From assembly GCA_041565075.1 (NCBI GenBank), contig JBFGOQ010000005.1, positions 3,135 to 67,134 of the forward strand: 64,000 nt of DNA, read 5' to 3'. The notes beneath the pieces were generated by a model. It was not told the origin of the DNA, ran no database searches, and saw only the letters and a list, made by a program, of their open reading frames with translations. The translations under genes were made by a program, and so were the position numbers. The stretch comes from Gammaproteobacteria bacterium (GTDB taxonomy: Bacteria; Pseudomonadota; Gammaproteobacteria; Steroidobacterales; JABDLF01). The stretch's first letter is position 1. Each line of letters starts with the position of its first letter. Of this stretch, positions 7,784-17,163 are shown piece after piece.

Positions 7784-9934
7784 TCAAAACTTGCCGTAAT
7801 AGCCCTCCTTCAATGCATCGAACAAGTTCGCGGCAGTGTGAACCTCGCCGTCATATTCCACTTCCTCATCGCCCTGCAGGTCCACCTCGCTACCGTCTTC
7901 CAGGCGGAAACGATAGGTAGTGTTTCTGAGGTCATCACCTTTGACCAGCACGCCCTGGAACGCTTCCGGATTAAAACGGAAAGTTGTGCACCCCTTCAGG
8001 CCCTGCTCGTGGGCATACAGGTAAATGTCTTTGAATTCTTCATAAGGAAAATCGGTCGGCACGTTGGCGGTCTTGGAAATGGATGAATCCACCCACCTCT
8101 GGGCGGCGGCCTGGATATCCACGTGCTGGCGTGGGCTTATGTCTTCGGCTGTGATGAAGTAGTCAGGCAGTTTTTCGTCTTCCTTGTCGGATCCGGGCAT
8201 GGCTTTGTCGTTAACAAGCTCGCGATAAGCCAGCAACTCAAAGGAAAACACATCGACCTTTTCCTTGGTCTTCTTGCCTTCGCGGATGACGTTGCGAAAG
8301 TAATGATGCGCAAAGCTCGGCTCAATCCCGTTACTTGCGTTGTTTGCCAGCGACAGCGAGATGGTGCCCGTGGGCGCAATGGAGCTGTGGTGGGTAAAAC
8401 GCGCTCCCGTTTCGGCCAACTCCTCCACGAGGTCCGGCCTGATCTCGGCCAGCCGCTGCATGTAGCGGCTGTAGCGCGCGTGCAGGACCCGGCCGGGGAT
8501 TTTCGCTCCCAGGCGCCAGCCATCCGCTTCCATTTCGGGGCGCTTGCGCAGCATTTCCTGGGTAACCGTGAACTCCTCCAGCATTATTGGAGCCGGCCCC
8601 TTCTCGCTGGCCAGTTCCAGTCCCGCTTCCCAGCCGGCTATGGCCAATTCGCGCGCCACGCGCTCGGTAAAAGCGATCGACTCGGTCGAACCGTATTTCA
8701 TGCGCAGCATCGTGATGGTCGAGCCCAGTCCCAGGAAACCCATGCCGTGGCGGCGCTTGCGGGAGATTTCGTCGCGCTGGCGGCCGAGCGGCAGGCCATT
8801 TATTTCCACGACGTTATCCAGCATGCGCGTGAAGACGCCGATGACTTCACGAAACAGCTCCCAGTCGAAACTGGCCTTGTCATCGAAAGCATTCAGCACG
8901 AACTTGGTCAGATTTACCGACCCCAGCAGGCAGGAACCGTAGGGAGGTAAAGGCTGTTCCCCACAGGGATTCGTGGCGCGGATATTCTCTACCCACCAGT
9001 TGTTGTTCATTTCGTTGACCCGATCGATCAACACGAAGCCGGGTTCGGCGAAATCATAAGTTGAACTCATGATTACGTCCCACAAGCGGCGCGCCGGTAC
9101 CGACTTAAATACACGGCAGGCCACCAAACCGGCGCCATTGGTAATATAGCGATCGGTAACCGGCCATTCCCGCCACACGATCTTGTCTTCGTCGAACAGG
9201 TCCACACCGTCCTGGTCAACTTCCTCTTCGGTCAATGGAAAGGCCAGTTTCCAATCGACATCATCGCGCACCGCCTGCATAAATTCGTCTGTCACCAGCA
9301 GCGAGAGATTGAACTGGCGCAGGCGGCCGTCCTCGCGCTTGGCACGGACAAAGTCCATGGCATCCGGATGACCGATATCAAAGGTGCCCATCTGTGCGCC
9401 GCGCCTGCCGCCTGCCGAGGACACGGTGAAACACATCTTGTCGTAGATGTCCATGAATGAGAGCGGGCCCGATGTGTAGGCGCCGGCGCCGGTAACGTAG
9501 GCCCCACGCGGTCGCAGAGTTGAAAATTCGTAACCGATGCCGCAACCGGCCTTCAGCGTAAGACCCGCCTCATGCACTTTGTCCAGAATATCGTCCATGG
9601 AATCGCCAACGGTTCCGGAGACAGTGCAATTGATGGTGGAAGTCGCGGGCTTGTGCTCGCGCGCGCCCGCATTGGAAACGATGCGTCCGGCGGGTATCGC
9701 GCCATGACGTAAAGCCCAAACGAATCTTTCGTACCAGTGCTCGCGCCGGTCATCAGGCTCGACATCCGCCAGGGCCCGTGCAAGACGACGATACGTATCA
9801 TCAAGGGTTTCATCGATAACAGTACCGTCCTTGGCAGTCAGGCGATATTTCTTTTCCCAGATATCGAGTGAGGCGCTCTGAAATGTGATCTCGGCCGCGG
9901 CCGTTGCAATCTTGGTACGCAATGCAGATGTCAT
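7784..9934 (-). CDS. nrdJa: adenosylcobalamin-dependent ribonucleoside-diphosphate reductase, large N-terminal fragment (NrdJa-type)
   Basis: ORF 7784..10012 starts with TTG, so ATG at 9934 (MTSALRTKIAT) is the likelier start. It has the active-site stretch NPCGEQPLPPYGSCLLGSVNL and TISLSLANNASNGIEPSF, characteristic of class II RNR. Confidence 0.9.
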   Translation of the reverse strand: MTSALRTKIATAAAEITFQSASLDIWEKKYRLTAKDGTVIDETLDDTYRRLARALADVEPDDRREHWYERFVWALRHGAIPAGRIVSNAGAREHKPATSTINCTVSGTVGDSMDDILDKVHEAGLTLKAGCGIGYEFSTLRPRGAYVTGAGAYTSGPLSFMDIYDKMCFTVSSAGGRRGAQMGTFDIGHPDAMDFVRAKREDGRLRQFNLSLLVTDEFMQAVRDDVDWKLAFPLTEEEVDQDGVDLFDEDKIVWREWPVTDRYITNGAGLVACRVFKSVPARRLWDVIMSSTYDFAEPGFVLIDRVNEMNNNWWVENIRATNPCGEQPLPPYGSCLLGSVNLTKFVLNAFDDKASFDWELFREVIGVFTRMLDNVVEINGLPLGRQRDEISRKRRHGMGFLGLGSTITMLRMKYGSTESIAFTERVARELAIAGWEAGLELASEKGPAPIMLEEFTVTQEMLRKRPEMEADGWRLGAKIPGRVLHARYSRYMQRLAEIRPDLVEELAETGARFTHHSSIAPTGTISLSLANNASNGIEPSFAHHYFRNVIREGKKTKEKVDVFSFELLAYRELVNDKAMPGSDKEDEKLPDYFITAEDISPRQHVDIQAAAQRWVDSSISKTANVPTDFPYEEFKDIYLYAHEQGLKGCTTFRFNPEAFQGVLVKGDDLRNTTYRFRLEDGSEVDLQGDEEVEYDGEVHTAANLFDALKEGYYGKF

Positions 9935-10135
9935 TTTTTGTCCAGTTCCCCAGACGACTTTCGAGTTGTTGTTAATCAAGCCGGCGATGTATCTGCCGAC
10001 CCCCCTGGCCAAGCCTGCTACCCCTTTCGCAGCGGTAAAGCCGCCACTTGTGCCGCCCGCGAAAGCGGCATCCGCACCTCATTGGTCCGTGAATCTCCCC
10101 TTCCCTGGTGGCGCCGATCAGCGCCAAACAGTCAA

Positions 10136-10151
10136 ACACTATATGTTGTGT
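10136..10151. promoter_or_regulatory. NrdR-box-like palindrome 1
   Basis: ACACTATATGTTGTGT matches the published NrdR box consensus acaCwAtATaTwGtgt at about 15 of 16 positions. It lies in the nrdJa upstream region. Confidence 0.6.
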
Positions 10152-10162
10152 TCTCAGGTTCT

Positions 10163-10191
10163 AGATTAGTTTTCCGCCACCGCCCTGTCAA
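10163..10191 (-). promoter_or_regulatory. candidate sigma70 promoter for nrdJa-nrdJb
   Basis: On the minus strand: TTGACA (10191..10186), 17-nt spacer, TAATCT (10168..10163). NrdR box 1 would lie just downstream of the start site. The -10 element is weak. Confidence 0.35.
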
Positions 10192-10312
10192 GCCATTTAT
10201 GCAAAATAAGTCCGGGTATTAAAAGTTTTTAAATCAGTAACTTAAAATATATTCCAATAAAATATCTTAAGAATTCAAAAAGATAACTCAGCCCGCTTAT
10301 TTCTGTGTCGCA

Positions 10313-10328
10313 CCACAACATATTGTGG
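10313..10328. promoter_or_regulatory. NrdR-box-like palindrome 2
   Basis: CCACAACATATTGTGG is almost identical to the reverse complement of box 1 (ACACAACATATAGTGT). It sits 177 bp from box 1, not at the usual spacing of about 31 bp. Confidence 0.5.
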
Positions 10329-10391
10329 CTCGTGAAAGGCGCGAGATTATGCCAGAAGCGGGCCCCGGGAGCCAAGAAAAAGTTGTTAAGA

Positions 10392-10419
10392 CTTGAAAAC
10401 CCCGCAGCCGCCCACACCT
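10392..10419 (+). promoter_or_regulatory. sigma32 (heat-shock) type promoter for the sHSP gene
   Basis: CTTGAAA (10392..10398), 13 nt, CCACACCT (10412..10419), compared with the consensus CTTGAAA-N13-15-CCCCATnT. It lies about 95 nt upstream of the sHSP ATG. Confidence 0.55.
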
Positions 10420-10513
10420 GATCTGTCAGGTTACCCGGTCGTTTCCGTCACGGATGCGGCGGGCTACAGCAAACCATCCGCAACTACACATTTGGAATCA
10501 GGAGAGCACCAAC

Positions 10514-10957
10514 ATGACCATGATCAGATATCAACCCTGGCGGACGCTTGGCGACCTCCACAGTGAGATCAACCGCCTGTTTGAGGGCCCCGTTAGCCGC
10601 CTGCCTGAAGACGAAACCACGGCCTGCGACTGGGTCCCGTCAGTGGATGTTCGCGAAGAAGGCGACCGGTTTGTGCTGCACGCAGACCTGCCGGGCGTGG
10701 ACCCGCATGACATTGAAATTACGATGGAGAATGGCATCTTGACGATTCGCGGCCAGCGCACCACCGAAGCAACGACGACCAAAGAAGGCTACCGCCGTGT
10801 CGAGCGTTCGGCCGGGCAGTTTTATCGGCGTTTCACATTGCCGGATACCGTGGACAGTGAAGGCGTGAAGGCCAGCGGCAACAACGGCGTACTCGAGATC
10901 ACCATTCCCAAGCAGGCGAAGGTTCAGCCACGGAGAATCGAAATCCAGGTCGACTGA
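10514..10957 (+). CDS. small heat-shock protein, Hsp20/alpha-crystallin family (IbpA-like)
   Basis: ATG at 10514 preceded by GGAGAG. Alpha-crystallin core VDVREEGDRFVLHADLPGVDPHDIEITMENGILTIRGQR and GVLEITIPK. Confidence 0.9.
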   Translation: MTMIRYQPWRTLGDLHSEINRLFEGPVSRLPEDETTACDWVPSVDVREEGDRFVLHADLPGVDPHDIEITMENGILTIRGQRTTEATTTKEGYRRVERSAGQFYRRFTLPDTVDSEGVKASGNNGVLEITIPKQAKVQPRRIEIQVD

Positions 10958-11026
10958 ACCAGGACTGGGCGTCGCTGCCCCAAGCGCACCTGCCCATAGT
11001 GCCAGGCGCGGCACCAGGCATCGGGT

Positions 11027-11059
11027 GGAACTTACCACCCGGTGCCAGTGTCCTCTGCA
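11027..11059 (+). promoter_or_regulatory. possible sigmaE/AlgU-type promoter for the DegP-like gene
   Basis: GGAACTT (11027..11033), then 17 nt, then TCCTCTGCA. This resembles GGAACTT-N16/17-TCnaA/TCTGA, but the -10 match and spacing are imperfect. Confidence 0.3.
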
Positions 11060-11131
11060 TACGGGCCCGGCAGGTTTGCCATCGTCCGTACCCATTGCCA
11101 ATGTCCGTGAAGTTAAAGGATGACTATTACA

Positions 11132-12589
11132 ATGATCGACAAAAATACCCGAGTCGCGAATAGCAATGCTCTGGCCCTGGGGGCGGTTTTGATTTTGTCG
11201 ATCGGTGTCATGCTGGCGCCACGCACCGCCGTCGCGAAGTTGCCAACGGCAATGGTCGAGCAGCAGGTACCGACGCTGGCGCCCATGATCAAGCGCACCT
11301 CGCCGGCGGTGGTAAATATCGCGGTGCGTGGCAGCGTCGAGGTACAGCGCCACCCGTTCTTCGACGACCCGTTTTTCAGGCGTTTCTTCGAGCAGCCCGG
11401 CCGGCCGAGGTCACCCGACCGCAGACAGTTCCGCAGCGGCGGCTCGGGCGTGATTATCGATGCCGACAAGGGCTATATTCTGACCAACGCCCATGTTGTC
11501 GAACATGCGGACGAGATTAACGTAACCTTACTCGACCAGCGGTCATTTCTTGCCAAGGTAATCGGCACCGATCCGGGTTCTGATGTTGCCGTCATCCAGG
11601 TCCAGGCGGACAGTCTGGTCGAGATGCCGACCGGTGACTCCAGCCAGCTCGAAGTCGGCGACTATGTTGTGGCCATCGGCAATCCATTTGGCCTTCAGCA
11701 CACGGTTACCGCCGGTATCGTCAGTGCCATGGGGCGTTCCGGGCTGAATCGCGAAGGCTACCAGGACTTCATTCAGACCGATGCGCCCATTAATCCCGGC
11801 AACTCGGGAGGCGCGCTGGTGAATTTGCGCGGCGAGCTTATTGGCATCAACTCGCAGATTCTCTCGACGGGCGGCGGCAATGTGGGTATCGGCTTTGCCA
11901 TTCCGATCAACATGGCGCAGTCCATCATGGCGCAGCTGCTGGAATACGGCGAGGTCCGGCGCGGCATCCTCGGGGTCAACATTCAGGATGTGACCTCCGA
12001 CATGGCGGCCGCCATGGGCCTTGCCGAGGTGCGCGGCGCGGTCGTATCGAACGTGGTCGAGGATTCGGCAGCAGAACGCGCGGGCATCAAGGAAGGAGAC
12101 GTTATCGACAGCGTTGATGGCGAGCCCGTTCGCGATGCCAGCGACCTGCGCAACAAGATCGGGCTGCGAAGAGTCGGTGACAAGGTGCGCATCGGGGTCA
12201 TCCGGGATGGCAAGCAACGCAGGCTCACCGCCGTCATCGCCACGCCACCAGGCGAAGCGAAGTTAGCGGCGGGCCAGGACAGTGATTCAGGTGACGATGA
12301 CAAACCGTTGCACCCGCAGCTGGAAGGGGCTCGTTTCGGCGATCTGACGGAAGACTCGCCCTTGTTTGGCCGGATTAACGGCGTGGTCGTGCTGGACATC
12401 CAGCCGGGTTCCCCCGCAGCCCGATCCGGCTTGTTGCCCGGTGACGTGATTACCTCGGTGAAGCGGCGCTCGGGACCGCGACTCATGATTCGCCGGCTGG
12501 AAGATTTTGCACAGGCTGTTGATACGCAGGAGCCAATGGTTCTCAAGGTACAGCGAGATGGTGCCGGTTTATTCGTGCCCCTGCGATGA
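11132..12589 (+). CDS. degP: periplasmic serine endoprotease, DegP/DegQ/MucD (HtrA) family
   Basis: ORF 11120..12589. ATG at 11132 has the better RBS spacing (AAGGA). Catalytic triad contexts TNAHVV, DVAVIQV and GNSGGALVN, followed by two PDZ-like regions. Signal peptide present. Confidence 0.9.
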   Translation: MIDKNTRVANSNALALGAVLILSIGVMLAPRTAVAKLPTAMVEQQVPTLAPMIKRTSPAVVNIAVRGSVEVQRHPFFDDPFFRRFFEQPGRPRSPDRRQFRSGGSGVIIDADKGYILTNAHVVEHADEINVTLLDQRSFLAKVIGTDPGSDVAVIQVQADSLVEMPTGDSSQLEVGDYVVAIGNPFGLQHTVTAGIVSAMGRSGLNREGYQDFIQTDAPINPGNSGGALVNLRGELIGINSQILSTGGGNVGIGFAIPINMAQSIMAQLLEYGEVRRGILGVNIQDVTSDMAAAMGLAEVRGAVVSNVVEDSAAERAGIKEGDVIDSVDGEPVRDASDLRNKIGLRRVGDKVRIGVIRDGKQRRLTAVIATPPGEAKLAAGQDSDSGDDDKPLHPQLEGARFGDLTEDSPLFGRINGVVVLDIQPGSPAARSGLLPGDVITSVKRRSGPRLMIRRLEDFAQAVDTQEPMVLKVQRDGAGLFVPLR

Positions 12590-12610
12590 GTGCAGTCGCG
12601 AGTGATCATC

Positions 12611-12636
12611 AAAGCCCGGCAACGCCGGGCTTTTTT
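12611..12636. terminator. intrinsic terminator hairpin between convergent degP and OMP genes
   Basis: AAA-GCCCGGC-AAC-GCCGGGC-TTTTTT: 7-bp GC stem, 3-nt loop, T6 tract. Confidence 0.8.
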
Positions 12637-13122
12637 CTAAAAGTACCAGGCCAACGACACCATGTAGACGGCCTTTTCCACGCCGGTCAACTCCAGTTCC
12701 AGGAATTGTTCGCCACGCCGCCAGCCGGCACCGATACCCCCTGAGAGTCCCGCACCCCAGGCATCGGACGGGCCCACTTCCACGTACTCGGCGAGTACGC
12801 CGCCACGCAGTTTAAAAAACCACTTACCGCTGCTGCGCCATGCAAGGTAGCCGCCCAACATGCTGGAAGAATAATCGAATCCGCCCAGCTCACCGTCCAG
12901 CAGAGTTGTTGTTATATCGACTTCGAGCGCGAAGCCCGGGTATTCGCGATGCATGTAAACCACGCTGGCACCGATCCCGGTCGCAAATTCAGCGCCACGG
13001 TAATTGGGCACAATCCCGCCTGTGCGAGCTCCCCAGCTGAGGTCATCAATCTGGTCAACCGCCATACCAGTCGCCGGCGCTGCCAGCCACATACAGATGA
13101 TCCACGGTCGCGCTGCGCGCAT
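12637..13122 (-). CDS. small outer-membrane beta-barrel protein (OmpA-beta/OmpW-like fold)
   Basis: ORF 12637..13155 starts at GTG. ATG at 13122 is preceded by GGAGAG. It has a signal peptide (MRAARPWIICMWLAAPATGMA), alternating hydrophobic beta-strand pattern and a C-terminal SLAWYF. Confidence 0.6.
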   Translation of the reverse strand: MRAARPWIICMWLAAPATGMAVDQIDDLSWGARTGGIVPNYRGAEFATGIGASVVYMHREYPGFALEVDITTTLLDGELGGFDYSSSMLGGYLAWRSSGKWFFKLRGGVLAEYVEVGPSDAWGAGLSGGIGAGWRRGEQFLELELTGVEKAVYMVSLAWYF

Positions 13123-13192
13123 GGCCCTGCTCTCCAATGATTGGCTGTTGTGCACTATAAGTCGGTACCCGCGTCCGGCGTCAAGCGCCTGT

Positions 13193-13999
13193 TCATGCCT
13201 GCACCGTAAACGCCATAAGCATGCGCAATCCGATCAGCGCGAGTACCATTGCAAAAGCCCTGCGCAAGACATGCACCGGCAGCGTGTGCGCAAGGCGCGC
13301 ACCGAGCGGCGCACACAGAACGCTGGTTGCTGCAACACCAGCCACCGCCGGCCAGTAGACAAAACCTGTGGCCATTACAGGTAAACCGGCCATATTCCAT
13401 CCGCTCATGACAAAGCCCAGGGTGCCGGCAAGTGCAATTGGCAGGCCGCAGGCCGCCGCGGTGGCTACCGAATTGCGAATCGGCACATTGCACCAGAGCA
13501 TGAACGGGTTACTGGCAGCGCCGCCGCCGATGCCGGCGAGTGCAGAGACCAGGCCGATGCCGGCGCCGGCTACCGTCATGCCAGCAGGGCCCGGTAACTC
13601 GCGATGCGCCGACGGTCTGAGCTCGAACCCGATCTGAATTGCCGCGATTATTGCGAATAGCCCGAAAAATGCCTGGAGCGCGACGGTGCTGAGGACGCCG
13701 GCCAGATACGCGCCGGCAAATGTGCCAATGATGATGCCCGGTACCAAGCGCCGAACCACCGACCACAATACTGCGCCCCGACGATGGTGCGCCCACAGCG
13801 ATGAGACGGAGGTAAAAACAATGCTGGCCAGCGAACTGCCGATCGCCAGGTGCATGATGATGTCCGGAGATACCGCGCTACTGGAAAAAACAAAACTCAG
13901 GGCCGCCACAATCAGGAACCCACCACCGATTCCAAACAGGCCGGCACCGAGACCCGCCAGCACACCAATCAACGGAAACAACAACCACTGAAAAGTCAC
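13193..13999 (-). CDS. TauE/SafE (TSUP) family anion exporter
   Basis: ORF 13193..14146. A GTG at 13999 preceded by GAGGGG gives a family-typical length. Duplicated glycine motifs LFGIGGGFLIV and ALAGIGGGAASNP; about 8 TM helices. Confidence 0.8.
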   Translation of the reverse strand: MTFQWLLFPLIGVLAGLGAGLFGIGGGFLIVAALSFVFSSSAVSPDIIMHLAIGSSLASIVFTSVSSLWAHHRRGAVLWSVVRRLVPGIIIGTFAGAYLAGVLSTVALQAFFGLFAIIAAIQIGFELRPSAHRELPGPAGMTVAGAGIGLVSALAGIGGGAASNPFMLWCNVPIRNSVATAAACGLPIALAGTLGFVMSGWNMAGLPVMATGFVYWPAVAGVAATSVLCAPLGARLAHTLPVHVLRRAFAMVLALIGLRMLMAFTVQA

Positions 14000-14153
14000 T
14001 GGCCCCTCGTTTGTGCCGACCGAATCAAGCGCCGGTGAGCATACCACCCAGCCACCCGGAATCCTTGTTTTGACCGCAAAAAACCCTCGTTTTTTTAATA
14101 AGCTGCGAAAAATATGTGAAGCATCTTCTTGCACCACCCCGGACATCAGCCTT

Positions 14154-16127
14154 ATGCTTGCGCCTATGCGCTACCTGGCAAGATTGCTGATCCTTGTGCT
14201 GGCCACGGCTGGTTTTGCCGAGGACAACGCACTCGACAACCCGCAACTGCGTCTGGATGCCCAGCGTGCCGCCTTTCGCAATGCCTATGCGCATGCCGAA
14301 CACGGTGAAGAAAGCCAGGTCGCTGAACATCTGGATCTGCTCGCCGATTACATCCTGTTGCCGGATCTCGAAGCTGCCCTCATTCGCACTAACCTGCGCA
14401 AGGTATCTGACTACCGGGTGGAGACTTTCCTGGCCACACACAAGCATCTGCCGGTGGCCACCGAAATCCGCAATAAATGGCTTGCCGAACTGGCGCGCAA
14501 ACAACGCTGGAAAAAGTACCTCGAAATCTATGTTGCAGATCACAGCATTACACGAAGATGTAACTGGTTTACGGCGCGCATCGCGGCGCGCAAGACACGC
14601 GGCCTCGCCGACGAAATTCTGCCACTTTGGATGGTCGGGAAAAGTCAGCCCGAGGCCTGCGATCTGGCATTCAAATACCTCGGTGAAATCGGCTACCTGA
14701 CAGAGTCGCGCAAGCGCAAGCGCCTGGCCATGGCTATTGAAGAGCGAAATTTTTCGCTGGCGCGATTCCTTGCTGAAGGTCTCGATTGGCAGGATCGTGA
14801 ATGGGTCGCGAGTTGGCAGCGCATGCACAGCAATCCTGCGAAAGCACTCGCTAATCCTGAAAGGTTCAAGAACAACAGCGTCGAACGCGAGTTGATCCTG
14901 TATGGCTTTAAACGCCTTGCACGCCAAGACCCGCTGTACACGGCCAACGCATGGCTCGATTTTCGAACGCGTTTTGATTTTACGCCCGCCGAGCGCAACA
15001 AGATAAGCCGTGAAATTGGGCTACGTGCAGCACGCAAGCACTTGCCCGAATCGGCCGCGCTGCTGGCTGCAGTGCCGGCGAGTGCCCGCAACACAGACGT
15101 GCGCCAGTGGCAGGTGCGCACTGCGCTCCGTAACCATGACTGGCCGGCAGTCTTTAATTATATAAGCGACCTGCCCGGCGCAGAGCGTGATCGCAAGATG
15201 TGGCGCTACTGGCGCGGACGGGCTTTGCAAGAACAAGGCCAGACAGAAGCAGCCAACGCAGTATTCAGAGGACTCGCCAGGGAACGGGATTACTATGGAT
15301 TCCTGGCCGCTGATCAGGTCGGTCTGCCCTACCAGTTTGACCACCAGCCAATAGAGCAAGACCCGGTGCTGCTGGAAGCGCTGGCGGGTCGTACCGAGCT
15401 CATCCGTGCTCGCGAGTTGTTTATGGTTGGACAATTTGGTCGTGCACGCAGCGAGTGGAATGCGGCGATAGGGCGGTTAAGCAGAGCTGAACAGTCCCAG
15501 GCCGCGATACTTGCACATCGCTGGGGATGGCCCTCCCGCGCAATCGCGACAGCATCCAGCGGCGCCATGCTCGACGACCTGGAAATTCGCTTCCCGACCC
15601 CCTATCGGGATTTGTTCGAGACCAAGACTGACGAAGCCAGCATCGCGTTCGCCTGGGCCTATGGCATTGCCCGCAGCGAAAGCCTGTTCATGCCGGATGT
15701 CTCATCCAGTGCGGGCGCCCTGGGCCTGATGCAATTGATGCCGGCCACCGGAAGACAGGTCGCGCGCCGGGCGCGAATCCGCTACGTCAACAGGATGAGC
15801 CTGCTTGATCCCGAGACCAATATCACCCTGGGAACCCGATATCTTGGTCGTATGTATGAACGCTTCGCTGGCAACCAGGTTCTGGCGACCGCGGCCTATA
15901 ACGCCGGACCCCACCGCGTTGACCGTTGGTTACCGGACGACGGCCAGGTCATCGCTGATGTGTGGGTCGATACGATTCCCTTCACCGAAACGCGGCGCTA
16001 CGTGCGTCGCGTGCTGTCGAGCCAGGTCATATTCACCTGGCGCCTGACCGGCAGCCAGCAACGGCTGGCTGAGCTGATGCCGCCGGTTATCACTGCAAAG
16101 CAGCTCGCCAAGCTCACCAGCCTCTGA
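14154..16127 (+). CDS. slt: soluble lytic murein transglycosylase (Slt70-like)
   Basis: ORF 14013..16127. ATG at 14154 (or 14166) precedes the signal peptide RYLARLLILVLATAGFA. Superhelical N-terminal region, then lysozyme-like catalytic motifs ARSESLFMP, GALGLMQLMPATG and AAYNAGP. Confidence 0.85.
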   Translation: MLAPMRYLARLLILVLATAGFAEDNALDNPQLRLDAQRAAFRNAYAHAEHGEESQVAEHLDLLADYILLPDLEAALIRTNLRKVSDYRVETFLATHKHLPVATEIRNKWLAELARKQRWKKYLEIYVADHSITRRCNWFTARIAARKTRGLADEILPLWMVGKSQPEACDLAFKYLGEIGYLTESRKRKRLAMAIEERNFSLARFLAEGLDWQDREWVASWQRMHSNPAKALANPERFKNNSVERELILYGFKRLARQDPLYTANAWLDFRTRFDFTPAERNKISREIGLRAARKHLPESAALLAAVPASARNTDVRQWQVRTALRNHDWPAVFNYISDLPGAERDRKMWRYWRGRALQEQGQTEAANAVFRGLARERDYYGFLAADQVGLPYQFDHQPIEQDPVLLEALAGRTELIRARELFMVGQFGRARSEWNAAIGRLSRAEQSQAAILAHRWGWPSRAIATASSGAMLDDLEIRFPTPYRDLFETKTDEASIAFAWAYGIARSESLFMPDVSSSAGALGLMQLMPATGRQVARRARIRYVNRMSLLDPETNITLGTRYLGRMYERFAGNQVLATAAYNAGPHRVDRWLPDDGQVIADVWVDTIPFTETRRYVRRVLSSQVIFTWRLTGSQQRLAELMPPVITAKQLAKLTSL

Positions 16128-16194
16128 TTTACAGGTAGAATTCTCTGCCTGCACCACCCGGACCGGGCGGTGCAGCGGCAGTCCAGGGACTCTC

Positions 16195-17163
16195 ATGCTC
16201 AATGACACTCGCACTATCTGCATTCTCGGCGGCACCGGCTTCGTCGGTCGGCATCTTTGTGCCCGACTTGCACAGGACGGTCACAGCCTTCGCGTGCTAA
16301 CCCGTTATCGTGAACAGCATCGGCAGCTGCTGGTGCTGCCCACTGTGACAATTGTCCAGGGCGACGTGCATGACGAAGCCTTCCTTGAGCGCGCGCTGGA
16401 AGGCTGTGATGTTGTTATCAACCTGGTTGGCATCCTCAACGAGAAAGGCCGTGATGGCGAAGGTTTTCAGAAGGCACATGTCGAACTGACCAGCAAAGTA
16501 GTGCGGGCCTGCAAAGAAGTTGGTGTGCGCCGCATGTTACAGATGAGTTCTCTGAAGGCCGATGCCGAAAATGGGCCATCTCATTACCTGCGAAGTAAAG
16601 GTCAGGCGGAAGCGATAATTCGTCTCGAACAAGGTCGGGACTTTCGCGCAACCATTTTTCAGCCATCGGTGATATTCGGCCCCGAAGATTCCTTCATCAA
16701 CCGCTTTGCGGGTCTGATTCGCATACCAAATTATTTTTTCATTTTGCCGACCCCGAACGCGCGTTTTGCCCCCGTTTATGTCGACGACGTCGCCGAAGCT
16801 TTTGCGCGCGCCATCAACGATTCCAACACCTGGGGCAAGACTTATCAGCTTTGCGGGCCCAAGGTCATGTCACTGCGCGAGGTCATCAGATTCATCGCAG
16901 TCACCATGGGCCTGCGTCGCAAGATCATTGGTCTCAGCGACAGCCTGTCCCGGATAATTGCACGAGTCATGGAGTTCGTGCCGGGCAAGCCGCTGTCTGT
17001 GGACAATTATCGTTCGCTCAAGATTCACAGCATTTGTGACGTTAATGGCTTTGTCGCCCTGGGAATCGAGCCCACTGGTATGGAAGCGATCGTGCCAGGC
17101 TACCTCGCCAGTCGCTACGAGCGCGCCCGCCTGTCGGATATCCGCCAGCGGGCCCGCATCTGA
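16195..17163 (+). CDS. NAD(P)H-binding epimerase/dehydratase-fold protein, complex I NDUFA9-like family
   Basis: 322-aa ORF with the Rossmann motif ILGGTGFVGRHL and the YLRSKGQAE (YxxxK) motif. Confidence 0.75.
   Translation: MLNDTRTICILGGTGFVGRHLCARLAQDGHSLRVLTRYREQHRQLLVLPTVTIVQGDVHDEAFLERALEGCDVVINLVGILNEKGRDGEGFQKAHVELTSKVVRACKEVGVRRMLQMSSLKADAENGPSHYLRSKGQAEAIIRLEQGRDFRATIFQPSVIFGPEDSFINRFAGLIRIPNYFFILPTPNARFAPVYVDDVAEAFARAINDSNTWGKTYQLCGPKVMSLREVIRFIAVTMGLRRKIIGLSDSLSRIIARVMEFVPGKPLSVDNYRSLKIHSICDVNGFVALGIEPTGMEAIVPGYLASRYERARLSDIRQRARI

Noticed and set aside
9935-10135. Possible cobalamin riboswitch in the long nrdJa leader. GC hairpins and a GCCACTTG-like string caught my eye.
   Set aside because: The GCCACT-like string is on the wrong strand for a minus-strand transcript, and I could not find a B12-box. 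B12 riboswitches usually control B12-independent isozymes, not nrdJ. Infernal (RF00174) would settle it.
10229-10417. 62-aa minus-strand ORF in the AT-rich nrdJ/sHSP intergenic region. The 237-aa ORF 10640..11353 crossing the sHSP-degP spacer was also considered.
   Set aside because: No RBS, odd composition, and overlap with promoter or NrdR-box elements or with the well-supported sHSP gene. Most likely non-coding.
10420-10513. RNA thermometer (ROSE or fourU) in the sHSP leader.
   Set aside because: The clear hairpin I can draw (CGGATG...CATCCG, about 10452..10481) does not sequester the GGAGAG Shine-Dalgarno sequence. No U-rich anti-SD stretch was found.
14025-14927. 300-aa ORF antisense to the slt gene. 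Similar long antisense ORFs lie at 35682..36692 (opposite rpoD), 38372..39112, 54821..55717, 57215..57949, 7042..7920 and 20703..21293.
   Set aside because: Each lies wholly inside a gene with strong family motifs on the other strand. Their translations are Arg/Ala/Gly/Pro-rich with no motifs, the usual artefact of GC-rich DNA.
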